Shown here piece after piece: positions 9,221 through 18,177 of a stretch of DNA of 64,000 nucleotides (its first letter is position 1; every line of letters begins with the position of its first letter). The stretch covers positions 33 through 64,032 of the forward strand of contig CALFAM010000329.1 of assembly GCA_937948815.1 (NCBI GenBank), given 5' to 3'. The notes beneath the pieces were generated by a model. The model was not told where the DNA came from. It made no database searches and saw only the letters and a list, made by a program, of their open reading frames with translations. The stretch comes from an uncultured bacterium (lineage in GTDB: Bacteria > Acidobacteriota > Thermoanaerobaculia > Multivoradales > J023). Made by a program: the position numbers and the translations under genes.

Positions 9221-9685
9221 TTGATCAGAACGAGCTTCTCAAACCCAAACCAAGAAAGGGACCAACTCATGTCAGAAAACAGCAACCACGCATTGACGCC
9301 TGAGACAGCCAGTGATGAGGCCCATAGCTTCGCGGAGTACAAGGCAGTTATCGCTGCTCTGCAGCCCTACATTGATGCTGCGAAGACAGGTGACGGAAGT
9401 CACATCCGATCGGCATTCTTCGATCATGCCCATATCGTCGGTTCAATGAACGGCGAATTCTTCAACATGAATGCAGACGAATTCCGCGATGCAGTGGACG
9501 GCAACGCATCGCCGAATGTTGAGCACCGAATCGCATGGGTCGATATCTCGGGTCCGGCAGCAGCAGCAAAGGTGGAGTTCATCAACTGGGTTGGATTCAG
9601 GTTCACCGACTTCTTCGTTCTCTACAAACAAGACGGGCAGTGGAAGATCAGCGGGAAAGTCTATGACTCTCACGCCAAGAACTGA
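9221..9685 (+). CDS. NTF2-like / putative lumazine-binding family protein (alternative start ATG 9269)
   Basis: YIDAAKTGDGSHIRSAFFDHAHIVG...HRIAWVDISGPAAAAKVEFINWVGFRFTDFFVLYKQDGQWKISGKVY resembles SnoaL/NTF2-fold lumazine_bd_2 proteins. The TTG 9221 start mirrors the TetR start geometry. ATG 9269 (MSENS) is equally possible. Confidence 0.65.
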   Translation: MIRTSFSNPNQERDQLMSENSNHALTPETASDEAHSFAEYKAVIAALQPYIDAAKTGDGSHIRSAFFDHAHIVGSMNGEFFNMNADEFRDAVDGNASPNVEHRIAWVDISGPAAAAKVEFINWVGFRFTDFFVLYKQDGQWKISGKVYDSHAKN

Positions 9686-9874
9686 TCCTGAGTGTGAGTG
9701 CTGGCGAGCGGACCACCTGATCAGCCAACCGAAAGCAGGAGAGCTTCCCCTGGCCTTCAAGCACCCATACGCCACGCGATGGACAGCTCACTACCAGAAT
9801 TCGACGCGTCGGACCGCCAAGACAACCCGGGAGCGAGTGCGTCCCTTCGTGGCACTGGAAACAAGGAGAGAAAC

Positions 9875-10618
9875 ATGAACAATCGAATCAAAGACAAGGT
9901 CGTCGTCATTACTGGCGCGAGCAGTGGACTCGGCGAAGCAACTGCCCGCCATCTCGCATCGAAGGGCGCAGCCGTCGTTCTCGGCGCTCGCCGTCTCGCC
10001 AGACTCGAGGCGATCGTGGCCGATATCCGAGCGGCAGGTGGGAAGGCTGAGGCAGTCACCACAGATGTCACGCGTCGCAGTAGCGTGCAGGGGCTGGTCG
10101 ACAAGGCCGCTGCGACCTTTGGTCGGGTTGATGCGATCATCAACAATGCTGGGGTGATGTCGATCGCACCCATGAGCGAGCTCAACGTCGAAGAATGGGA
10201 CCGCATGATCGACGTCAATATCAAAGGAGTGCTCTACGGCGTTGCCGCCGCGCTTCCCATCTTCGAGAAGCAAGGATTTGGCCATTTCATCAATATTTCT
10301 TCCGTCGCTGGAATCAAGGTCTTCAGCCCGGGTGGAGCGGTCTACAGTGGCACCAAGTACGCCGTCCGCGCCATCAGTGACGGCCTACGCTTCGAGGTTG
10401 GTGGGTCGATTCGGACCACGACCATCGAACCCGGAGTCGTGGACACCGAGCTCAAGCACGGTACCTCACACGAGGAGAGCTCGAAGTTCGTCAACGAGTT
10501 CTATGAGATCGCGATTCCGGCTGATTCTGTGGCGCGCGCAATCGCCTACGCCGTCGAACAGCCCGACGACGTTGATGTCAACGAGATCGTTCTACGGCCC
10601 ACAGCGCAGGATTTCTGA
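9875..10618 (+). CDS. Short-chain dehydrogenase/reductase (SDR)
   Basis: AAGGAGAG before ATG 9875. Cofactor motif VVVITGASSGLGEA, NNAG, and catalytic YSGTKYAV. Confidence 0.9.
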   Translation: MNNRIKDKVVVITGASSGLGEATARHLASKGAAVVLGARRLARLEAIVADIRAAGGKAEAVTTDVTRRSSVQGLVDKAAATFGRVDAIINNAGVMSIAPMSELNVEEWDRMIDVNIKGVLYGVAAALPIFEKQGFGHFINISSVAGIKVFSPGGAVYSGTKYAVRAISDGLRFEVGGSIRTTTIEPGVVDTELKHGTSHEESSKFVNEFYEIAIPADSVARAIAYAVEQPDDVDVNEIVLRPTAQDF

Positions 10619-10821
10619 ATCACGTTCTGAGTCGGGTGCCGATGCCGATACTCGTAGAGCCAATCTGAACGGCTTCGCCACTGGCCCATTCCGTTGAGCG
10701 GCGCAGGCAGCCCGCGACCACTCGCCTCCGACTTCCGGCGAGCACGCGTGGAAGCGACGAGTTTCTCGAGCCAAGGGGCCATCATCGGAAGCTGATGTGG
10801 CCCGATCCCGGTCACGGTGTG

Positions 10822-10861
10822 AGAGTAAAACGGGGTCGACATCAAATCGATGTCGACCCCG
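10822..10861 (-). terminator. Rho-independent terminator: perfect 13-bp stem, 5-nt loop, U-tract on the minus strand
   Basis: CGGGGTCGACATC-aaatc-GATGTCGACCCCG at 10831-10861. On the minus strand it is followed by TTTTACTCTC. It lies 88 nt downstream of the stop at 10949. Confidence 0.7.
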
Positions 10862-10948
10862 TGGCCGATTGGGTCGCGAGCCGCTGCAGGCAGAGTCCGC
10901 GGCGCAGCAGAAAGCTGGTGACGCGGAAGGCCCGAGTACGCAAGAGCC

Positions 10949-11938
10949 TCAGCGATACGTGTCGAGGATCGACGCGTCGACCCAATAGATGTCCCGGTCT
11001 CTGGAGTAGAAGAGGTAGCGACCGTCCCGCGTCACAAAAGGACAGTAGTCCTGGCCTTCGGTGTTGATCGTGGGGCCCATGTTCTTCGCCTCCGTCCACT
11101 CTCCACTTGCCATCCGGAAACTCACATAGAGATCGCCATTCCCGAGACCGTCTGGTCGACCAGAGGAGAAGATGAGATAAGACTCGTCCGGTGCCACGAA
11201 GACGTCCCCGTCATATCCCTCGGAGTTCACGGAGTCGCTTAGCGGAATCGGCTGTTGAAACTCACCGTCGACCATCGGGGCCGCGTGGATGTCGAAGTTC
11301 ATCTCGTCTCCCTCGGCTACCGCGCGGTTGGTCGTGAAGTAGAGGGTTCCTTCGTCGGTGAACGTTACGTAGTACTCGGTTCGATCGGAGTTGAGCACCG
11401 GGCCGGCGTTCTGGGGCGGTCCCCAGCCGTCTTCCGTCCGAACCGAGTACCAGAGATCAGGATCCTTCGGTTCGCCCGTGCCGTCGAGGGGCTGGTTCGA
11501 GATGAAATAGAGCCGGGTTTCGTCCGGAGACAAGGCGGCATCCATGAAGCTGTACCGCTCGTGGGAGATGATCGTCCGAGGCTCGGTCCAGGTCTCGCCG
11601 ATCAAACGCGTGGAGCGGATCTCGGCGCTCTTGTCGCCACTCACGCCGAAGATGAGCTCCGTACCGTCCGCCGAGAACACAGAGGCGAACTCGCCACGGT
11701 CTGGCAAAGAAATCTTCCCTGGGGCAAAGATCTCGGGAACCAGTTGAGGAGGAGTCTGGTTGAAGTAGAGGTGGGACTCAACAGCGGTCTCTTGGTCCAC
11801 AGCCTCTTGGTCCACAGCCTCTTGGTCCACCGAAGGTCCGAGGCATCCAGCCAAGCTTAGGCTGCCGAGCAGCGCCAAGCATCTCATCAGCGCGGAAGAA
11901 GTACCTTCGTTGAGTCTTCTCGGGGATCCTAGCTTCAT
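10949..11938 (-). CDS. TolB-like PD40 beta-propeller lipoprotein
   Basis: ATG 11938 (or 11887), with lipobox LSLAGC. PD40-type repeats follow (SADGTELIF, SPDETRLYF, DEGTLYFTT, PDESYLIFSS, RDGRYLFYS). Confidence 0.75.
   Translation of the reverse strand: MKLGSPRRLNEGTSSALMRCLALLGSLSLAGCLGPSVDQEAVDQEAVDQETAVESHLYFNQTPPQLVPEIFAPGKISLPDRGEFASVFSADGTELIFGVSGDKSAEIRSTRLIGETWTEPRTIISHERYSFMDAALSPDETRLYFISNQPLDGTGEPKDPDLWYSVRTEDGWGPPQNAGPVLNSDRTEYYVTFTDEGTLYFTTNRAVAEGDEMNFDIHAAPMVDGEFQQPIPLSDSVNSEGYDGDVFVAPDESYLIFSSGRPDGLGNGDLYVSFRMASGEWTEAKNMGPTINTEGQDYCPFVTRDGRYLFYSRDRDIYWVDASILDTYR
11791..11830. repeat. 15-bp tandem repeat CTTGGTCCACAGCCT, about 2.7 copies
   Basis: Encodes VDQEA-VDQEA-VDQE in the linker just after the lipobox. 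Confidence 0.9.
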
Positions 11939-12706
11939 GGTCGCATCTCTCGTTCCCTTGCGGTGTGTCGGCAGTGGAGTGAATTCGGTGACCGAAATGG
12001 ATTCGACCAGGATAGCGGCGGGAGAGTTCCCGGCAATCTGCTGATCAACATCGTCTTGCCGGACGCCGGCCACGGTGCCGGTCTTGGTAAGAGGTGTCGC
12101 AGTGCCCTTCGTCTGCTTCCCCACAGCCAACAAAACAACCGCGAGCGACACGGGCCGGCATCAAACCGGGCGACGCCGACTTCACCGCCCGCAAGGCGTT
12201 CGACGGCCATCCGATGCACGACGAGAAGTGGGCCGGTAGGCCGTGACAAGACGTTCACGGGTGTGTCTGGCAAGGCTTGGAATCGCTGCTTCGGTGACCG
12301 ATGGCCGCCCCTGGTCCGTTGCTGCGGATGCTGCCGCAGAACCCAAGTCGTGCCCACAGGCACGGTCTCATCACGTCGGTGACGACGGAGGGATCCTCGC
12401 TCGATCCTGACCTCCGGCGACGTGCCGCCAAGCCGGAATCGGATCGAGCCTCAGCGCGCCAACGGGCGATCCGTGACACCACCTCTCTTGACGCCTAGGC
12501 TCCGGCTGAGGGCGAAACCGTGCCGAAATGGGCCCCTGGGGGCGTGCATCCAGTCACCCTCCCGGACCTCGAACGCCAAACACGGATGATCGAGGTCCAG
12601 GTCGGAGTCCATTCCAGACGCAATGGTGCCGGACACCTGCTTGCCGGCCAGCCAACCCAATGCTCGGCGAATCTGGAGGAACGCTAGCGTTCACAAGATC
12701 GAGATC

Positions 12707-14653
12707 TCAGTCCAAGGCATCGTTGAACCAGGCCCAGCCTACGTTGCCAGGGTCCATGGTGCAGCTCACACGTCGAACCTTGAGGGTCGCAACTTGGTCT
12801 GAGGGGCTCCAGAATTCCAACGCTTCATGGGTGTTGTCGAAGGAATCGGAGAAGGCGAGGGTGCGCCCGCTGGAATCGACCAGCAGGAGATCCATGTCCG
12901 CACCAGGAGTGAGAGCGTAGGTCGGGTTGGCTGGGAACGCGGGATTGGCCGTCCAGGCTATGGCGGCGCGGAAGAGACTCCCTTGCTCCAGGGCCACGGT
13001 GGCCACGGTATCGACCCTCCTCGGGCCGCACGACGAGAAGAAGGAGCCCCAGTTGCCCTTGGACCGGTCGGCCGTGTCGACCGCTGCGTCGGCATCAATT
13101 CCGCCGAAGCCCATGCGGTCTTTGGTGGTCGTCCCGCGGAGATCGTGGTTCGCGGACGTGAGCAGCACTGCCCGAAGAGCCTCCGGAAAGAAGTAGATCC
13201 AAGGCTGTGCATGCAGGACGAGAGCCGCGGTGCCGGTCACGATGGGCGTGGCTACGCTGGAGCCGGTGGCTTCCATCCAACCGGCGGAACCGTGGCTGGG
13301 AACCGTCAGACGGTATCCCGGTGCCACGAGATCCGGTTTCGTCCGATCACCACGCCGCGAAATCGGAGATCCAAAGGATGACGCCGAGACGATCCGGTCG
13401 TCGCCACGACTCGCTGTGCCCTTATCGTCGAAAGAACCCACCGCAAGTGCGCTGTAGGCGGTCGCAGGGGAAGAGACCATGTGAAAACCGAGGCGGCCAA
13501 ATTCACCGAAATCACCTGAGGCAGCCACGAAGGTGCGGTATCGGGTACGGGTGACGTAGTCGACGTATCGATCGGCAGAGCTCAGGCTGCCACCCGACAT
13601 TCGGCCCCAACTGAAGTTGATGACGTGGCTGCCTTTGTCAATGATGATGTCCGCGGTCTTTGTCAGGTCCGTCTCGTCCCATGAGCACGCGGCACCCGCC
13701 CGCGCGTTGGATCGTGGGGCGATGCCTTTGTGGGTGGCATCCTGGGCCCGGAGTACGCCCATTACATTGCTCGCATGCTCGCTACCGGTCCGACAGTTGC
13801 TCTTCTGGTAGTGCGTCTTGAAGTGCCAGCCGTGGGGTGCGAGAAGGCCAGGGAGGGCCACGAGGGGGGCACCCCACTCGACCATGCCGACCCTGCCGAA
13901 CGCCCCCAAGTTCCCGGTGTTGTGGACGAAATCTGCGAATACGGCCTCGCGGGCCACGTTCATATACGGTTCCATCGAGTGGCTCAGGTAGATGTACGCC
14001 GTTTCCGGCCAGGTCGCCATCTCGGCGATCTCTTCAGCCCGGGCCTCTGTCCAGACGATCGGAGCGTTGGTGCTGTGGTCGCTCGCCAGGTCCAGCATCG
14101 AGAGACGCTCCTCGAACGCTCCAAAGAGCGGAGCAAGATGAGCCCGGAGGGCCTCACCGTTGGCCTGATCGAAAGCATCGATGTCTGTTTCACTAACCGA
14201 GTCGAGCTCGGGAATCGGTAACGGCTGGAAGGTCTCCAGCTCGGCAAGCCAGACGATCACCTTGCGAGCGTCCTGAGGCCTCTCGTCCATCGCCGCGACC
14301 AGATCTGGGCTGATCTTGGTCGTTTCGAGGGCGTCAAAGAAGTCGATCTCGCGCAGCGCGTCCAGGTCCACGATGGCGCCTTCCAGGGAGACGGCGACTT
14401 CCGTCATGGCCTCGCCAGTTGCTTCGGAGATCTTGAATACCGCGATGGCTTCTCCTTCACGGGTCAAGCGCGTGACCTCGGCACCCACGACCAAGTCTTC
14501 GATGCCGACTCCCGTCTCTCCAGAGGCTTCCTCCAGGGCGAGATGGCGAGCCTCCTCGAGCCCGGGCAGCGCCTCCCCGAGCAATGGGCCAGGAGCGTGC
14601 AGGATGAAAGACAGCGAGACAATCAGGGCGGCAGCGGTTTGACGGGAGCACAT
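12707..14653 (-). CDS. Secreted subtilisin-like serine protease (S8 family)
   Basis: Signal-like N-terminus. Ser motif ATGSSVATPIVTGTAALVL. His region GSEHASNVMGVL. 648 aa. Confidence 0.85.
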   Translation of the reverse strand: MCSRQTAAALIVSLSFILHAPGPLLGEALPGLEEARHLALEEASGETGVGIEDLVVGAEVTRLTREGEAIAVFKISEATGEAMTEVAVSLEGAIVDLDALREIDFFDALETTKISPDLVAAMDERPQDARKVIVWLAELETFQPLPIPELDSVSETDIDAFDQANGEALRAHLAPLFGAFEERLSMLDLASDHSTNAPIVWTEARAEEIAEMATWPETAYIYLSHSMEPYMNVAREAVFADFVHNTGNLGAFGRVGMVEWGAPLVALPGLLAPHGWHFKTHYQKSNCRTGSEHASNVMGVLRAQDATHKGIAPRSNARAGAACSWDETDLTKTADIIIDKGSHVINFSWGRMSGGSLSSADRYVDYVTRTRYRTFVAASGDFGEFGRLGFHMVSSPATAYSALAVGSFDDKGTASRGDDRIVSASSFGSPISRRGDRTKPDLVAPGYRLTVPSHGSAGWMEATGSSVATPIVTGTAALVLHAQPWIYFFPEALRAVLLTSANHDLRGTTTKDRMGFGGIDADAAVDTADRSKGNWGSFFSSCGPRRVDTVATVALEQGSLFRAAIAWTANPAFPANPTYALTPGADMDLLLVDSSGRTLAFSDSFDNTHEALEFWSPSDQVATLKVRRVSCTMDPGNVGWAWFNDALD

Positions 14654-14901
14654 GGCTTGGATCCTTTCGGGAAGAACGAGAGTGAATCGGCGGCCGCATG
14701 CGGGCCTTCCTACTCAAGTTCACGCCACCCGGATCCAAATCCCTTCATACTTTCTCCAGCGACCCAAATCTCGTGCGGCAAGAACGTACCGGAGGCCGAG
14801 GTCCGCCTGGCAAATCGCGCAGCGTCCGGAGGCTGAGGCAGCTCCGTGTCGCCAGACCCGGGCTCTACGGCTGTCTTCTCCGGGTGCGCTGCGGCTCTTC
14901 G

Positions 14902-15648
14902 CTAGTCGGGTGTGCGGATGCTGGTGACGGGAGGGAGAGGGCGTTCGGTGGGTTGGAGGAGGATGGTGATGTCGGCGCGGTCGCGCAGCTCTTCGGTCCA
15001 GTGAATGATCTCTTGGTCGAGCAGGCGCTCGGTGAGCAAGGCTCGGATGGCGTCGCGGACGGCCTCGAGGGGCGGCTGGGGCTGGCCCGCCGCGCGTGCC
15101 TGGACGGTGACTTCCTGGTCGAAGTGCTGTTGGATGGCTTCGTTGCTGACGAAGACCCGGGCGCGCAGGCGTGTCTCGACGTGGTGCAGAACGCGGAGCT
15201 GATCGGCGAGGAGGGCTTCGAGGCCGGCTTCGGTCATGCCGAGTGCTTCGAGGCGGGCTTCGAAGGCGCCTGCGTCGGGGAAGCGCGCCCGGATCGCGGT
15301 GACCTGCTCTCGAAGGGTTTGCGGATCGATCGACTCGCGTTCGAAGCGTCGAACGTCGCGCAGCCGAACGTGCTGGTCGATCAATCCGTCGAGCACACGC
15401 TGGCGATAGGCGTCGGCGGCTTCCTGGTCCCGGCCTGCGACCAGCCCAAAGGCGATCGCGCGCTCGACATCGGACAGCAGGATCGGCGTCTCGTCGACGA
15501 CCGCGGCGATCCGGTCGATCAGGAACCGAGAGGCCGGCTGCTCTTCGGCGCGGAGAACCGACGGCGACCATCCGAGGCCGAGCGTGAGGACCAGTCCGCC
15601 GAACAGGAAGGCTGGCCGCGCCAGAAGCATGGAAGAACGGGCGTGCAT
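14902..15648 (-). CDS. SurA N-terminal-domain-like periplasmic chaperone
   Basis: Signal/anchor segment, then IDRIAAVVDETPILLSDVERA... and a helical chaperone-like remainder. No PPIase domain is present. Confidence 0.7.
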   Translation of the reverse strand: MHARSSMLLARPAFLFGGLVLTLGLGWSPSVLRAEEQPASRFLIDRIAAVVDETPILLSDVERAIAFGLVAGRDQEAADAYRQRVLDGLIDQHVRLRDVRRFERESIDPQTLREQVTAIRARFPDAGAFEARLEALGMTEAGLEALLADQLRVLHHVETRLRARVFVSNEAIQQHFDQEVTVQARAAGQPQPPLEAVRDAIRALLTERLLDQEIIHWTEELRDRADITILLQPTERPLPPVTSIRTPD

Positions 15649-15913
15649 GGTGTCGAGAAGACTACTCCGGCCCCGTGCGTTCCCCCAAGCCGCCAGGCCT
15701 ATCGGCAGACGCCGACGCGCGCCACGAAGCGGAAATCAGGGCCCGTACCCTCCGTACACAAGAGTCCTCCGCGACACGGATCGGTCGCGCGCGTGGAGTG
15801 GAACCGGTTGTCTCGGGGTACGCTCGGGTCCGGAGCCTGACGTCGTACCGGCGTCGCGTGGCCATCACGCAGGTCGAGTGGAGAACCTTGTGAGTGAGTC
15901 TGCAAATCTTGGG

Positions 15914-16723
15914 ATGGTGCAGTTGATCAGCTCGCCGATCGGCAATCTTGGCGATCTGTCACCACGGGCCCGCGATGCGCTGGCGGAAGCCGATCTGGTC
16001 GTGTGTGAGGACACGCGACACAGCGGGCGGCTGCTCAAGCATCTCGGGCTCGACAAGCGTCTCGTATCCATGCACGACCACAATGAGCGGCAGCGGCTGC
16101 CGAAGCTGCGTGCGGCGCTCGCGGATGGCCAGACGTTGGCCGTTCTTTCGGATGCGGGGACGCCGTTGGTGTCCGATCCCGGATACGTGCTGGTGCGCGA
16201 GGCGATCAGCCTGGGCGCGCGGGTCGAGTCCCTGCCGGGTGCGTCGGCTGTGACCACGGCCTTGGTGGTCTCCGGCCTGCCGCCCTACCCCTTCACCTTT
16301 CTCGGCTTCACGCCTCCCAAGGGTGGCCGCCGGCAGCGCTTCTTCGAGCGCTTCGCGGGGCTCGACCACACGCTGATCTTCTTCGAGAGCCCGCATCGGC
16401 TACTCAAGAGCCTGGAAGATGCTCTGACCATCTGGGGCGACCGGCCGGCCGCGGTCTGTCGCGAGCTGACCAAGCTGCACGAGGAGACCGTGCGCGGCAC
16501 CCTGAGCGAAGTCCACGAACGATTCGCGGCGCGCCCGGGCATCAAAGGTGAGTTGGTGGTGGTCGTGGGGGGCGCGGATCCTTCGCAGGTCGCTGAAGGA
16601 GCGTCGCGCGATGGGCGGGCCGAGCAAGGTGGAGGCAAGCGGGCTCGGAGACGGGCGAAAGGATCTGCGGGCAAAAAGAAAGCCCGCGAGTCTGCGGAAC
16701 GTCGCAGCGCGGGCATCGCATGA
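15914..16723 (+). CDS. rsmI: 16S rRNA (cytidine1402-2'-O)-methyltransferase
   Basis: LISSPIGNLGDLSPRA..ADLVVCEDTRHSGRLLKHLG...LSDAGTPLVSDPG...ESLPGASA...FFESPHRL are hallmark RsmI blocks. It has a Lys/Arg-rich C-terminal tail. An alternative GTG start is at 15890. Confidence 0.9.
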   Translation: MVQLISSPIGNLGDLSPRARDALAEADLVVCEDTRHSGRLLKHLGLDKRLVSMHDHNERQRLPKLRAALADGQTLAVLSDAGTPLVSDPGYVLVREAISLGARVESLPGASAVTTALVVSGLPPYPFTFLGFTPPKGGRRQRFFERFAGLDHTLIFFESPHRLLKSLEDALTIWGDRPAAVCRELTKLHEETVRGTLSEVHERFAARPGIKGELVVVVGGADPSQVAEGASRDGRAEQGGGKRARRRAKGSAGKKKARESAERRSAGIA

Positions 16724-16726
16724 CCA

Positions 16727-16752
16727 GAGGGTGCCCGCGTGCGGGCACCCTC
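16727..16752. terminator. GC-rich hairpin with an 11-bp stem between convergent genes
   Basis: GAGGGTGCCCG-cgtg-CGGGCACCCTC, 4 nt after the rsmI stop and 19 nt before the stop at 16771. No strong U-tract. Confidence 0.5.
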
Positions 16753-16770
16753 CTCTACCATCGGGCAGAC

Positions 16771-17259
16771 TTACATCAGATCGACCATCTGGAGCGCGCG
16801 CCGGGCGAAGCGTGCTGGCACCGAGACGTCGACATCGACGTCCGAGCTGTCGACCTGGACGCGGAACCGTCCTCGCGACTTGGTGACCAGCACGTCGTCA
16901 CCGGCGCTCTGCACGTGAACCAAGGTACCGTTCGGGCAGTCTTCGATCGCATCCACCATGGCGATGAGCCCTTCCCGGAAAGGCTCCATCTCGCGGCGAA
17001 CATCGGCCAGGGCATCGTCCGGGATGATGTGTGGCGCCACGAAGGCCGCGACGTCGACCAGCAGGGCTGGTACCGGAATGACCAGGTTGACTCCGTCGGC
17101 GCTGCGATCGTGGACCCGGACGGTGACCGTGCCGGTCGCGGCGATGGCGGTTGCCACCACGACGAAGGGCATCAGCATCACCAGCATGGCAATGATCAGG
17201 AACCGCGGCCAGCGGCGGCGCGAGGCGGGGCGTGTGTGATTCGGTTGATTCGCGCTCAT
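16771..17259 (-). CDS. Membrane-anchored hypothetical protein, paralog of 17348..17956
   Basis: N-terminal TM FLIIAMLVMLMPFVVVATAIA. It shares blocks with its neighbour (VRVHDRSADGVNLVIPVPALL vs VRVENGDSDGEVVTVNLPLSLL). Confidence 0.55.
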   Translation of the reverse strand: MSANQPNHTRPASRRRWPRFLIIAMLVMLMPFVVVATAIAATGTVTVRVHDRSADGVNLVIPVPALLVDVAAFVAPHIIPDDALADVRREMEPFREGLIAMVDAIEDCPNGTLVHVQSAGDDVLVTKSRGRFRVQVDSSDVDVDVSVPARFARRALQMVDLM

Positions 17260-17347
17260 GGTGTTCTCCCTTTCCTAGGGCCTACGGTTCGCTCGTTGAC
17301 TTTGTTCCAGCCGGATGCTGATTTTTTCGTGAAGAGCTCGCCAGGGC

Positions 17348-17956
17348 TCAGCGGTTGCTCGACTCGTTCTGGTCGTCCACCCACACGCGCACGGTCTGAT
17401 CGCCGTCGCGCACGGACACCAGGTTGCCCGGTCCGTAGTCCGCCAGGGCTTGCAGCGCTGCGGCCACGTCGAGGCGGTTGTCCGGGCCCGAGAACAGGGC
17501 GTCCACGACGGCCAGCGGGAAGCTGACATCGATCTCGGTGTCGGATTGGTAGCTACCCTCGTTGCTTCCGACCCGCAGGAAGTTGCCTTCCTTCCAGACT
17601 CGGAGATTCTGATCCTCAGACTGGAGGGTCATGTACGTGGCATCGGGGGAGTTGCGAATCTGGTCCCACATGTTGCGCAGATCGGTCCAGCTCAGCTCGA
17701 CGTCGTCGAGGGCGAGCTGAGCTTCGTTCTGGGCCTCGTCCAAGAACTCTTGGGGGATCATCGCCGCCGCCGCGGAGAGCAGCGAGAGCGGCAGGTTCAC
17801 GGTGACGACTTCGCCGTCGCTGTCGCCGTTCTCGACCCGTACGTGGATCCAGTGCTCGGCGGATGCCGAAGCAGACACGGCGCCCAGGGTAGCCAGCAGC
17901 AGGGTGCAGATGGCGATGGCAGTCGTACGGAAGAGGAAGGTTCGATTGGCTTTCAT
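17348..17956 (-). CDS. Secreted hypothetical protein, paralog of 16771..17259
   Basis: GGAG 7 nt before ATG 17956. Signal peptide MKANRTFLFRTTAIAICTLLLATLGAVSASASA. Confidence 0.6.
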   Translation of the reverse strand: MKANRTFLFRTTAIAICTLLLATLGAVSASASAEHWIHVRVENGDSDGEVVTVNLPLSLLSAAAAMIPQEFLDEAQNEAQLALDDVELSWTDLRNMWDQIRNSPDATYMTLQSEDQNLRVWKEGNFLRVGSNEGSYQSDTEIDVSFPLAVVDALFSGPDNRLDVAAALQALADYGPGNLVSVRDGDQTVRVWVDDQNESSNR

Positions 17957-17989
17957 GGTAAGTCTCCAGTAGGTCCGTTCACAAAAAGG

Positions 17990-18016
17990 AAACGACTCAC
18001 CGCCTGCATTTGTTAC
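17990..18016 (-). promoter_or_regulatory. ECF-type promoter candidate: GTAAC-N17-CGTTT
   Basis: The minus strand reads GTAACaaatgcaggcggtgagtCGTTT. The -10 element lies 33 nt upstream of ATG 17956, with the Shine-Dalgarno in between. Confidence 0.35.
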
Positions 18017-18177
18017 AGCAGATCTTTTTCGAGTGTGAGATTGGCGGGTCCCAGGAGAACCATGCCAGGCGGCGCGACCGTACTGCTTACTACACGGGCG
18101 GCGGGCAGCCGCGCGCGCCCACGGCGAAGGTGCAGCGCCTCACGCAGCATCGAGCAATCTGGCAAGGGAAACGAATC

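Noticed and set aside
10546-10845. 99-aa minus-strand ORF downstream of the SDR gene.
   Set aside because: Its 5' end overlaps the strong terminator hairpin at 10831-10861 that serves the upstream PD40 gene. It has no ribosome-binding site or family motif.
12451-12660. 69-aa TTG-start ORF in the 770-bp gap between the S8 protease and PD40 genes. The 14-bp palindrome GAACGCTAGCGTTC at 12679-12692 lies nearby.
   Set aside because: There is no ATG/GTG start, no ribosome-binding site and no recognisable motif. The palindrome can form only a 5-bp stem and has no U-tract. It is left unannotated.
14698-15840. Long ORFs antisense to confidently assigned genes. Examples: 14698..15840(+), 18752..20167(+), 21420..22436(-), 24680..26029(-), 27991..29142(-), 31247..32842(+), 45783..46979(+), 60246..61454(-), 61884..63089(-).
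   Set aside because: Each lies opposite a gene with clear family motifs. Their translations are Arg/Gly/Pro/His-rich low-information sequence typical of stop-poor antisense frames in high-GC DNA, and none has a recognisable motif or ribosome-binding site.
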